DNA from: Candidatus Micrarchaeota archaeon
GTDB lineage: Archaea > Iainarchaeota > Iainarchaeia > Iainarchaeales > 1-14-0-10-31-34
DNA: 49,032 nt
Direction of reading: 5' to 3'
Assembly (NCBI GenBank): GCA_018829335.1
Contig: JAHJUD010000046.1
Location: 1-49,032, forward strand
Position 1 is the stretch's first letter; each line of letters starts with the position of its first letter. Of this stretch, positions 1 through 8,566 are shown piece by piece. The notes under the pieces were generated by a model. The model did not search any database. It was not told the DNA's origin and saw only the letters and a list, made by a program, of their open reading frames with translations. The position numbers and the translations under genes were made by a program.

Positions 1-1228
1 AGTAAATCACGAAGTTTTTGCATAGTTCTTTTACTTCTTCTCTGACTTTTTTTCTGACAGATTCATCGTTTTTGTTTTCAATTATCCTGTTAATCCATTC
101 CCCAACCATTTTCATTTCTTCTTCTTTAAAGCCTCTGGTAGTTAAAGCAGGAGTTCCTAATCTTATTCCTGAAGGATTAAACGGGCTTTTAGTGTCAAAA
201 GGAATCATGTTTTTATTGCAGTAAATTCCTGCTTCATCTAAAATTAATTCAGCTTCTTTTCCTGTGATTTCTTTTTTTGTTAAATCAATTAAAAGCAAAT
301 GATTGTCTGTTCCGCCTGAAACTAAGCGAAAGCCATAGTCTTGCAGAGTGTCTCCAAGGGCTTGAGCATTTTTTATTATTTGTTTTGAATAATCTTTGAA
401 GTCTGGATTTAATGCTTCGCCGAATGCAACTGCTTTTGCTGCATTAATATGGTCATGTGGCCCGCCTTGCAGGCCAGGAAAAACTGCTTTATCAATTTTT
501 TCTGCGTGTTCTTGTTTGCATAAAATCATTGCGCCTCTAGGGCCTCTCAAAGTTTTATGTGTGGTTGTTGTTACTACTTCAAAGAATGGAACAGGGTTTT
601 CATGCAGGCCTGAACAGCATAAGCCTGCAATATGTGCAATATCAGCAAAAGAAATTGCATTAACTTCTTCTGCAATTTCTTTTAGTTTTTTGAAGTCAAT
701 TTTTCTTGGATAAGCTGAAGCACCAGAAATAATCATTTTAGGTTTTTCTTCTAAAGCAGTTTTCCTTATTGCATCATAATCAATTAATTCTGTTTCTTTT
801 GAAACGCCATAACCTATTGCATGATATTGCATTCCAGAAAAGCTGACTTTGTGACCGTGAGTTAAATGACCGCCCATTGCAAGGCTCATTCCCATGAATT
901 TGTCTCCTAAATTCATTAAAGCCACAAAAACTGCCTGATTGGCTGGACTTCCGGAGTATGGCTGGACATTAACGTGTTCTGCATTAAATAATTTTTTTGC
1001 TCTTTCTATAGCTAAATCTTCTATTACATCAACAAATTCATTTCCGCCGTAATATCTTTTATGAGGGTAGCCTTCACTGTATTTGTTTGTAAAAACAGAG
1101 CCCATTGCCTCTAAAACTGATTTAGAAACATAATTTTCTGATGCAATTAATTCTAATCCTTGCATCTGCCTTTTTGTTTCGTTTTGTATTGCCTCAAAAA
1201 CTTTTGAATCAGCTTTCTCTAAAACCAT
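1..1228 (-). CDS. glyA: Serine hydroxymethyltransferase (C-terminal end cut by window edge)
   Basis: Absent from the ORF track because it runs off the window. My minus-strand translation from ATG 1228 reads [67 protein letters not shown], the canonical SHMT N-terminus. A GGGGG SD-like run lies about 7 nt upstream. Confidence 0.9.
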   Translation of the reverse strand, partial: MVLEKADSKVFEAIQNETKRQMQGLELIASENYVSKSVLEAMGSVFTNKYSEGYPHKRYYGGNEFVDVIEDLAIERAKKLFNAEHVNVQPYSGSPANQAVFVALMNLGDKFMGMSLAMGGHLTHGHKVSFSGMQYHAIGYGVSKETELIDYDAIRKTALEEKPKMIISGASAYPRKIDFKKLKEIAEEVNAISFADIAHIAGLCCSGLHENPVPFFEVVTTTTHKTLRGPRGAMILCKQEHAEKIDKAVFPGLQGGPHDHINAAKAVAFGEALNPDFKDYSKQIIKNAQALGDTLQDYGFRLVSGGTDNHLLLIDLTKKEITGKEAELILDEAGIYCNKNMIPFDTKSPFNPSGIRLGTPALTTRGFKEEEMKMVGEWINRIIENKNDESVRKKVREEVKELCKNFVIY

Positions 1229-1303
1229 TAAATGACCCCCTAAAAGATATTAAGAAAAGAAAGAAAGTAATTAAATTTGTTTTGGAAGAAAAAGAAATAG
1301 AAG

Positions 1304-1324
1304 GTTAAGCCTTAACGGCTTAAC
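1304..1324 (-). terminator. Hairpin (8-bp stem GTTAAGCC/GGCTTAAC, 5-nt loop) spanning the stop codon of the 1312-2022 gene
   Basis: Perfect inverted repeat read directly. It is followed on the transcribed (minus) strand by a T-rich tract (1260-1303). Confidence 0.3.
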
Positions 1325-2022
1325 ATGTTCTGCAATGCATATTTTTTGTCTATTAAAAGCACATTGCTTGGAATAAAGTTTTCTAGTTTTGCCAAAACTG
1401 TTGTAAAGGCAACAAAAGAAATGCTTATTCCAAAAGCAAAAGCAAGTCTTTCAACTGCAACAATTGGAATTAATGCAAGCCATGCTTCTGCAGGCATTGG
1501 AATAGTGTAAAGGAATATAATTGAACCAATTGAATGAGCAGTAAAAGTTGAACCAAGACTTCTGAAGAATAAATTGTTTTTGAAGAAGACTGTTGCTATT
1601 ACAGGAATCAGCCAGTACAAGGAATAAAACCATACTGTCCTTCCAACAGGATGCAATATGAATAAAGCCATTGCAATTAAAGGGATTACTGCAGAAAAAT
1701 TAAATTTTTTCTTTGACTGCAATCCAAAGTATGCTGCTGCAAAAAGCATTGGAGTCAGCCTAAAAATATTTATGAAATCAAATGTTTTGCCGAACAAAAG
1801 CATGTCGCTTAATTGTGCAATTAATACTGCTCCTGCACCAATAAAAGGACCTAAAAAGCTTCCTGCAATTGGCCCAAAAAACTGGAATAAAGTAAAATAC
1901 TGTTGTTCTGCACCAATAATAGAAGAAAAATTAATTTGCTTGGCTATTAAAACAAGAACAGAAAATAATGCCAGAAACATTATTCTTTTCCCTGTAACCA
2001 AATCCCTTAAACTTGTTTTCAT
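1312..2022 (-). CDS. Multi-pass integral membrane protein, family not recognised (possible small-molecule or vitamin transporter)
   Basis: 236-aa ORF with about 6-7 hydrophobic segments. It sits between glyA and the metF-like gene on the same strand. Confidence 0.65.
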   Translation of the reverse strand: MKTSLRDLVTGKRIMFLALFSVLVLIAKQINFSSIIGAEQQYFTLFQFFGPIAGSFLGPFIGAGAVLIAQLSDMLLFGKTFDFINIFRLTPMLFAAAYFGLQSKKKFNFSAVIPLIAMALFILHPVGRTVWFYSLYWLIPVIATVFFKNNLFFRSLGSTFTAHSIGSIIFLYTIPMPAEAWLALIPIVAVERLAFAFGISISFVAFTTVLAKLENFIPSNVLLIDKKYALQNMLSR

Positions 2023-2095
2023 TTAATCCCTCCAAAAAATCCATTAAAACTTATTTTTGTTAATATTATATTGTAGCATGGTAAGCTTTTTTAAG

Positions 2096-2959
2096 TTAGG
2101 CTTGTCTAAGCCTTAAGGCAAGTTCAATGCATGAATCAAGGTTATGTAAAAAAATTTCTTCAATGTTAAGGTTTAATGGAATGCTTAAATTTTCTTTTTC
2201 TGAAAAAGTTATTATTTTGTTCCAGACTTTTTCTGCACTATTAATTGAATTCACTGGGATTTTTTCTTCTTCAGAAAAAATTTCTTTTTCTGTTTTTTCA
2301 GGCATTTCAACTCCAAGCCATCTCAAAAAAAACAGTTCGTTTATTCCTGAAACAGGACAAAAGCTTAAATAAACTTTTGCCGGCTTGATTTTTTTTTCAA
2401 TGCAAAGAGAATTGTATTCAAAAAGTGTTTTTTGTGTTTTTTCTGATTCAAAAAGAATTTGTGAAGTAAAAAAAGATGCGCCTGAAAGTGTTTTGGTTAA
2501 CATTCTTTGGGCTTCATTTTCTCTTGAAGGAATCATGATGTTTCCTGCATTAATTGAAGAAAAGCTTTTTGCAAGATTGTTTGCTTCAGTAACTGAAGGC
2601 CCTGGGTAAGAAAATTTGTCTGAACTGCCCCCTACAAAAACAAAATCCTTTAAGCCTAATTCATTAACGCTTTTGTTAATCCATTTTTGAAGTTCGTTTA
2701 GCCCGTTGCAGTGAACAACCACTTTATTTACAATAACTTTTTTTCCTGTTAATTCATTTATTTTTTTTGCAAATCTTCTTGCAGAAACATTTCTGTAATA
2801 AGGTTTTCCTTCAAAGTTTTCATCAACTATTTCAGGCACATTAATTACATCAGGCTTAATTGAATTAACTGATTCACTTACTTTATCCATTACTTTTTCT
2901 TTGTAGTTGTCTGAAGTCATTCTGCTTGGAGGCACAATTTCAAGCATTAATTCAGTCAT
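2096..2959 (-). CDS. metF: Methylenetetrahydrofolate reductase-like protein
   Basis: 287 aa. It has an EIVPP start of the beta-barrel, VFVGGSSD, and an FFTSQILFE motif (compare FxTQxxFD of MTHFR). Neighbours are glyA and metE. Confidence 0.6.
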   Translation of the reverse strand: MTELMLEIVPPSRMTSDNYKEKVMDKVSESVNSIKPDVINVPEIVDENFEGKPYYRNVSARRFAKKINELTGKKVIVNKVVVHCNGLNELQKWINKSVNELGLKDFVFVGGSSDKFSYPGPSVTEANNLAKSFSSINAGNIMIPSRENEAQRMLTKTLSGASFFTSQILFESEKTQKTLFEYNSLCIEKKIKPAKVYLSFCPVSGINELFFLRWLGVEMPEKTEKEIFSEEEKIPVNSINSAEKVWNKIITFSEKENLSIPLNLNIEEIFLHNLDSCIELALRLRQA

Positions 2960-2991
2960 TTTTCATTCACTTAATTTTTCATAATTTTTAA

Positions 2992-4167
2992 TTATTCTAA
3001 TGCTTTTCTTGCAAGTTCTGCGCCTTTAACCATGTTTTCAAGTTTTGGGAAAGCAATTTCCCATTTTCTTGTCCTTAAACCGCAATCAGGGTTAACCTGC
3101 ACTTTTTTTGGGTCATCCATCAGCTTGTTGATAAAAAGAATCCTGTCCCTGATAATTTCAGGGGATTCAATCAAATCTGAATGAATGTCTATTAACCCTG
3201 CGCCAATGCTTGCATTCATTTTGTATTCTTTGAATAATTCAATTATCTTTAATGCTTCTTCATGTATTTGGTTTGGATTAAATTCTTTTCCTGTTGAATG
3301 GTTAGTGCATTCAATCAAGTAGCTGTCTGCAGATGATTCAGCTAATTCAGGAAACAAAGAAGAATAATTGCTGTAACATAAATGAACTGCTTTCTCCACA
3401 TTTCTTGGGACGCCTTTAAATGATGCATTAATTCCTTCAACTACTAAGTCTGCTTCATGCTGTTTTGTTGAAGCAGCAGGCTCATCAATCTGAATCACTT
3501 CAGCCCCTGCTTTAACATATTCTTTTACTATTGGATTAATTACATCTGAAGCAAAATCAAGAACTGCATTTCTTCTTGCTTCCTTAACTGGATTTCCTGA
3601 AGCTTTTTTTTCCTGTAATTCAGCGTAATATTCAACATAACTCCAGTCAGTCATAGTATAAGGGCCTGTAAGGCAGGGTTTTATTATTTTTTGTGAATGA
3701 TTTCTTGCAAACTCAAATTCTTTTTTAAACCAGTCAATTCCTTCATCAGAGATTTCAACTTTTTTTGTAATTATTCCTTTCCTGAAATAATTTGCATCAA
3801 AAGAATTCACAAACCCTGCTGTTTTGATTCCTTTTGTTTTTGATGCAAAAGCGTCATACATTTCAGTTCTTGGCTGTTCTCCGTTAAAAACCCTGTCTAA
3901 TCCTGCTTTTTCAAGCATTCTAATAACATAAATTGAAGAAATGTCAATTATCCTTTGTTTTTCTTCTTGAGTTCTTTTTTCGCCGTTTTTTTGAAGCAGT
4001 CCTGTTTTTTTTTCGTTTGCTAATTCAAATCTTTCATTTACATCAAATTTTTTTCCCCATTCAAGAGCATCTTTAATCCAGTTTTCATTGGAAGGAGCAT
4101 TAAGTTTCTGCCTCCAGATAGGCCTTTGAATGCTTCCAATTTCCTGAGTCAAAAAAGTTTTATTCAT
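2992..4167 (-). CDS. metE: Cobalamin-independent methionine synthase, catalytic (Meth_synt_2-like) domain protein
   Basis: 391 aa with IQIDEPA, VHLCYSNY (His-x-Cys zinc ligands) and NPDCGLRTR (Cys zinc ligand). Confidence 0.8.
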   Translation of the reverse strand: MNKTFLTQEIGSIQRPIWRQKLNAPSNENWIKDALEWGKKFDVNERFELANEKKTGLLQKNGEKRTQEEKQRIIDISSIYVIRMLEKAGLDRVFNGEQPRTEMYDAFASKTKGIKTAGFVNSFDANYFRKGIITKKVEISDEGIDWFKKEFEFARNHSQKIIKPCLTGPYTMTDWSYVEYYAELQEKKASGNPVKEARRNAVLDFASDVINPIVKEYVKAGAEVIQIDEPAASTKQHEADLVVEGINASFKGVPRNVEKAVHLCYSNYSSLFPELAESSADSYLIECTNHSTGKEFNPNQIHEEALKIIELFKEYKMNASIGAGLIDIHSDLIESPEIIRDRILFINKLMDDPKKVQVNPDCGLRTRKWEIAFPKLENMVKGAELARKALE

Positions 4168-4168
4168 T

Positions 4169-5173
4169 TTATTCTTCTCCTGAAAGTCCTGCTGCTGCCT
4201 TTGAAAGAATATTTATTTTTTCAAGGCCTTGCTCAAATGGAACATCAAACAGCCTGTCATTAGGCCCTATAAAAAAGTTTCCTGAAAAAGACGCATTCAA
4301 TTTAAAGTCTTTAATTGTTTTTTTAACGCTTTCAATTGATTCAATTCCGATTCTTGAACCGTCAACTAAACCCAAAAAAACGTCTTTTTTTGTTTTTATT
4401 CCTGAAAAATCAGAATAAAAGCAGTCAACTCCAATAAAATCAAAAGCTGTTTCTTCAATTAAAGGGATTGCTTTTGATGCGTCAGCCAAAGGAAAATTTA
4501 TTCCAAGAGTAAAATTTTTTTCCTTTATTTTTCCTGCAAATCCTTTAACCAAAAGCTTTTCGTCAAAACTTTCTTTAAGGAAATCAAAGCCAAAAGAAGG
4601 TTCAGAAAAAATTACAGCAAAATAGCCTTTTTCTTTAAGGGAATCAAGGTTTAATGCAATGGCTTGGGCATAATCCAATACAAGCTCTTTATTGTCATTG
4701 TAAAAAGAATTCTGCACCAGTCTTGAAAAAGAATAAGGCCCAGGCAAAAACAAAACTCCTTTCCTGTCTTCAATTTCAGGAAGAAAAGATGAAAGTTCAT
4801 TCCCTTTAGCAGTTATTTTTGAAATTATTTCAGGTTTTCTGTAAAAAGTGTTGGTTGAATACCATCTTGTTACAGGGCCAACAGAATCTTCTCCTGAAGA
4901 ATTCCTTTTCCTGAAGCCGTTAAAAAAAGAAAAAGGCCTTAATAAGTCAAGCCAGTTTGCCTGCCCTGCTGAAACAAAAGCAAAACCTTTTTCTTGCGCA
5001 TTAATTATTTTTTCTGCATCTTTTTTCAAAAGTTCCTCAAATTTCTCTTTAGTTGAGTGCCCGTCCCTTAAAAGCCTGTGCTCACTAATTGTTTCAGCGC
5101 TTCTTGAAACAGGGCCTGAAAGAATTGCTCCCAAAAAAGACATTAAATCACTGAAAAAAAAAGAATAGAACAA
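4169..5173 (-). CDS. MetE N-terminal-like (Meth_synt_1-like) domain protein, encoded separately
   Basis: 334-aa ORF ending 1 nt before the ATG of the catalytic-domain gene, with a GGAGAAG SD inside its last codons. It has an UROD/MetE-like barrel pattern but lacks the zinc-ligand motifs. The real start may be M11 (5143). Confidence 0.55.
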   Translation of the reverse strand: MFYSFFFSDLMSFLGAILSGPVSRSAETISEHRLLRDGHSTKEKFEELLKKDAEKIINAQEKGFAFVSAGQANWLDLLRPFSFFNGFRKRNSSGEDSVGPVTRWYSTNTFYRKPEIISKITAKGNELSSFLPEIEDRKGVLFLPGPYSFSRLVQNSFYNDNKELVLDYAQAIALNLDSLKEKGYFAVIFSEPSFGFDFLKESFDEKLLVKGFAGKIKEKNFTLGINFPLADASKAIPLIEETAFDFIGVDCFYSDFSGIKTKKDVFLGLVDGSRIGIESIESVKKTIKDFKLNASFSGNFFIGPNDRLFDVPFEQGLEKINILSKAAAGLSGEE

Positions 5174-5289
5174 TTTTAAAAGAATAATTGAGATAAAAAA
5201 TATTCTTAAAAGAATAATACTGGGAGTTTGTAAGCCGACTAAAGGGAAATAACAGTAATTTTTTATTTTTGTTCTTCAATTAACTCATA

Positions 5290-5925
5290 ATGCAAATAAA
5301 AGAAAACGTGAAAAAAATTTTTTCTGAAATCCCGAAAAACGTTAAAGTTCTTGCTGCAACAAAAAACCAGAATCCTGAAAAAATAAAGCAGGCAGTAAAT
5401 GCAGGAATAAGGGTAATCGGGGAAAATATTGTGCAGGACGCAGAAAAAAAGTTCTCTGAATTTGATTTTGAAGTGGGAAAGCATTTTATCGGGCATTTGC
5501 AGTCAAATAAAGCAAAAAAGGCAGTTGAATTGTTTGACTGCATTCAGTCAGTTGATTCATTAAAGCTTGCAGGAAAAATTGATTCAGCCTGTTCAGGCAT
5601 TAACAAGAAAATGCCTGTATTTATTGAATTAAATTTAGGGGAAAACCAAAAATTCGGGGTAAAAAAAGAAGAAATACTAACTATTGCAGAAGGAATTTCC
5701 CGGATGAACTTCCTTGAATTAAAAGGATTAATGTTTATAGCGCCGTTTTTTGAACAGCCGGAAAAATCTGTTCCTTTTTTTTCTGAAGCAGGAAAAGTTT
5801 TTTTTGAACTCAAGAATTCTTTTGCTTCAGTTGAAGTGCTTTCAATGGGAATGAGCACAGATTTTGTTTTTGCGGTAAAAAATAAAAGCAATATGATTAG
5901 GATTGGAAAAAAAATTTTCAGTTAA
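5290..5925 (+). CDS. YggS/PROSC-family pyridoxal-phosphate homeostasis protein
   Basis: 211 aa with VKVLAATKNQ, RVIGENIVQDA, HFIGHLQSNKAKK and LKGLMFIAP, typical of the YggS family. Confidence 0.8.
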   Translation: MQIKENVKKIFSEIPKNVKVLAATKNQNPEKIKQAVNAGIRVIGENIVQDAEKKFSEFDFEVGKHFIGHLQSNKAKKAVELFDCIQSVDSLKLAGKIDSACSGINKKMPVFIELNLGENQKFGVKKEEILTIAEGISRMNFLELKGLMFIAPFFEQPEKSVPFFSEAGKVFFELKNSFASVEVLSMGMSTDFVFAVKNKSNMIRIGKKIFS

Positions 5926-7217
5926 ACATGCTTGTAAAAGTCAACGTTTATTTCGCCTAAAAAGAAAATTGAGCCAACAACAAACAATAAGTCTTTTTCT
6001 TCGGTTCTGGTTAAAGCAAAATCAAATGCTTCCTGTGAGTCATGAAAGCCAATAAAAGGTTTTTCGTGTTTTTCTGCAAAAGAAACCAGTTTTTCTATGT
6101 CCATTCCCCTGTAATTTGCCCTTGTAATAACTATTTTGTCTGCTAAAGGAAAAATGAGTTCGCTTATTTTTTCAGCGTCTTTATCTGAAGACAAGGCAAT
6201 CAATAAAATCATTTTGTCAAACATTTTCTTTTTTTTCATTAACAAAAGGGTTTTTTTTATTTCCTTAAAGCAGTCTGAATTATGGCCTGCATCAAAAATA
6301 GTCAAAGGCTTTCTTTGGATTACCTGAAATCTTCCTGGAATAAAAGCTTTTTTTATTCCTTCCTTGATTTTCTTTTTGTCAAACTTTAATTTAAGTTTTT
6401 TTACTGCAAGAACTGCAGTGGCAATATTTATTGGCTGGAATTCACCTAAAAGAGAGGTTTCAATTCCTTTTATTTTTTCTCCTTCAACTTCCAAATCAAA
6501 TTTCTGTTTTATTAAACTGAACAAGTGATTAGATGTTTTGCAGAGTTTTTGAACTTCAAATACAGGAACATTTTCTTTTGATGCTTTTTCTTTGATTACT
6601 TTAAGGACTTTTTTGTCTTTTGATGCCGTAACCACAATTGAATCAGGCTTTATTATTCCTGCTTTTTCTTCTGCGATTAGTTCAACTGTATTGCCTAAAT
6701 ATTCAGTGTGTTCAATTGAAACATTGGTTATTACTGCAATTTCAGGTTTTATCACGTTTGTTGCGTCAAGGCGTCCGCCTAAACCTGTTTCAATTACTGC
6801 AAAATCAACTTTTTTTCTTGCAAAAAAATCATATGCTATTGCAACAGAAAACTCAAAAAAAGTGGGAAACAAAGAAGAATCTTTTTTCTTTAATTTATCA
6901 GTTATTTTCTTTATTTTTTTTATTTCAAAAATCAGTTCTTTGTCGTTTATGTCAAAAGAATTAAGTTTTATTCTTTCACTAAATCTTTTAATATGAGGAG
7001 AAATATAAAGCCCTGTATTAAACCCGTATTCTTGAAGGATTTGGCTGATTATTGTTGAAGTTGAGCCTTTGCCGTTTGTTCCTGCAATATGAATGCTTTT
7101 GAATGAATTCTGCGGATTATTTAATTTTTTTAGAACAGCATTAACTCTTTCTAATCCTAAAACAGTCCCAAGCTTGTGCGCAGAAAACAGGTAATTAAGG
7201 TAATCTTTTCCTTTCAT
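5922..7217 (-). CDS. folC: Folylpolyglutamate synthase/dihydrofolate synthase
   Basis: 431 aa with the Mur-ligase P-loop HIAGTNGKGST, ETGLGGRLDATN and NVSIEHTEYLG. Confidence 0.85.
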   Translation of the reverse strand: MKGKDYLNYLFSAHKLGTVLGLERVNAVLKKLNNPQNSFKSIHIAGTNGKGSTSTIISQILQEYGFNTGLYISPHIKRFSERIKLNSFDINDKELIFEIKKIKKITDKLKKKDSSLFPTFFEFSVAIAYDFFARKKVDFAVIETGLGGRLDATNVIKPEIAVITNVSIEHTEYLGNTVELIAEEKAGIIKPDSIVVTASKDKKVLKVIKEKASKENVPVFEVQKLCKTSNHLFSLIKQKFDLEVEGEKIKGIETSLLGEFQPINIATAVLAVKKLKLKFDKKKIKEGIKKAFIPGRFQVIQRKPLTIFDAGHNSDCFKEIKKTLLLMKKKKMFDKMILLIALSSDKDAEKISELIFPLADKIVITRANYRGMDIEKLVSFAEKHEKPFIGFHDSQEAFDFALTRTEEKDLLFVVGSIFFLGEINVDFYKHV

Positions 7218-7290
7218 TAATTTTCACTTTGCTCCGGGTAAATTAAGACAAAAAAAGATTAAAAAATGGTGTGAGCATAAATTTAAAAGA

Positions 7291-7986
7291 ATGAATAAAG
7301 GCATGCTTATTGTATTAGAAGGGCTGGATTCAAGCGGCAAAGCCACTCAAACAAAACTGCTTGAAGAAAAACTTAAAGAAAAAGGAATTAAAACAAAAAC
7401 TTATTCTTTTCCAAGATACAATGAATTTTTTGGAAAACTTATTGCAGAATACCTTAAAGGAAAATTCGGAAAAAAAGAAGATGTGCCAGAAGAATTTGTT
7501 TCATTGCTTTATTCTCTTGACAGATATGAAATAAAAAAAGAAATCAATTCTTTTCTTGAAAAAGGTTTTGTTGTTTTAATGGACAGGTATTATACTTCTA
7601 ATTTTGCTTACCAGACAGCCAAATTCAGCAAAGAAAAAAAAAGAAAAGATTTTTTGGGTTGGCTGAAAAAGCTTGAATCAGCCATGCCTTTTCCTGATAT
7701 GGTTTTTTTTCTTGATGTTCCAGTTGAATTCTCACAAAAATTAATGGATTCAAGAAAACAAAAGGATTACATGAAAGAAAAAAAAGACATTCACGAAAAA
7801 GATTTAGATTACCAGAAAAAAGTAAGGGAAATGTTTCTTGAATTATGCAGAACAGAAAAAAACTGGTTTATAGTGGAATGCACTGAAAAAGGGAAACTGA
7901 AAACAAAAGAAAAAATAAATGATTTTTTATGGAGTAAAATTGAACTCTTGCTGAACCAAGAAAATAAAAAAGCTTCCCTTGCTTAA
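7291..7986 (+). CDS. tmk: Thymidylate kinase
   Basis: 231 aa with P-loop IVLEGLDSSGKATQ, then DRY and a lid region. Confidence 0.8.
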   Translation: MNKGMLIVLEGLDSSGKATQTKLLEEKLKEKGIKTKTYSFPRYNEFFGKLIAEYLKGKFGKKEDVPEEFVSLLYSLDRYEIKKEINSFLEKGFVVLMDRYYTSNFAYQTAKFSKEKKRKDFLGWLKKLESAMPFPDMVFFLDVPVEFSQKLMDSRKQKDYMKEKKDIHEKDLDYQKKVREMFLELCRTEKNWFIVECTEKGKLKTKEKINDFLWSKIELLLNQENKKASLA

Positions 7987-7992
7987 TTTTTT

Positions 7993-8460
7993 ATGCACAG
8001 AATTGAAGTATTTTTCAGAGAAGAAAAAAATGATGCTGAATCAATTTCAGTTAAAAAAGAAATTGAATCAGAATTAGGGATTAAAACTGAATCAGTGAAA
8101 ATTGTGCATTGTTATTATATTAATGCTGAATTAAGTGAAGAAGAAGCAAAAACTGCTGCAGAAAAACTTTTTTGTGATCCAATAGTGCAGAATTATTCAG
8201 TTGATTCAGATTCAGGGATTAAAGCAGACTTTATGGTTGAAATAAAGTTTCTGCCTGGAGTAACAGACAATGAAGGAAACGCAGCAATGATTGGAGTAAA
8301 AGATTTGCTTAAAAGGGAATTCAGGGAAAAAGAAAATATTAGGACATCAAAAAAATACTTTTTTTCCGGAAACCTGAAAGAAAAAGAAATTGAGAGAATC
8401 TGCAGGGAAATGCTTGCAAATCAAGTAGTAGAATCATATGAAATAAAAAAGCTGGATTGA
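7993..8460 (+). CDS. purS: FGAM synthase PurS subunit, double-length (two PurS-like halves)
   Basis: 155 aa. The second half (MVEIKFLPGVTDNEGNAAMIGVKDLL...REMLANQVVESYEI) matches the PurS pattern. The first half has a similar beta-alpha-beta layout. It lies immediately upstream of purL. Confidence 0.7.
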   Translation: MHRIEVFFREEKNDAESISVKKEIESELGIKTESVKIVHCYYINAELSEEEAKTAAEKLFCDPIVQNYSVDSDSGIKADFMVEIKFLPGVTDNEGNAAMIGVKDLLKREFREKENIRTSKKYFFSGNLKEKEIERICREMLANQVVESYEIKKLD

Positions 8461-8490
8461 AAAGTGAAAAAATAAAAAATTAAATAAAAA

Positions 8491-8519
8491 GAATGAATAA
8501 AAAAAATGAACAGAAATAA
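8491..8519 (+). repeat. A-rich leader motif GAATGAATAAAAAAAATGAACAGAAATAA, copy 1 (upstream of purL)
   Basis: Near-identical to 10996-11025. It sits inside a 106-nt spacer with almost no C on the coding strand. Confidence 0.4.
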
Positions 8520-8566
8520 TAAAGAAATAAATTAAAAAAAATAATTAAAATGCAAAATGAAATTAA

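Noticed and set aside
396-713. 105-aa plus-strand ORF (and 18-224) inside the glyA region
   Set aside because: They lie antisense to a clearly recognisable SHMT coding sequence. The products are low-complexity with no motifs, so they are shadow ORFs.
5176-5218. 13-nt direct repeat TTAAAAGAATAAT (5176-5188 and 5206-5218) in the divergent metE-N / yggS-like promoter region
   Set aside because: It could be two TATA/BRE-like elements. In DNA this AT-rich, a 13-nt A/T repeat is weak evidence, so it is not reported as a feature.
8461-8566. A-rich pur spacers as purine riboswitches or a CRISPR leader/array
   Set aside because: There are no complementary segments to build the three-way junction of a purine riboswitch. 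There is no regular repeat-spacer periodicity, only shared blocks in low-complexity sequence.
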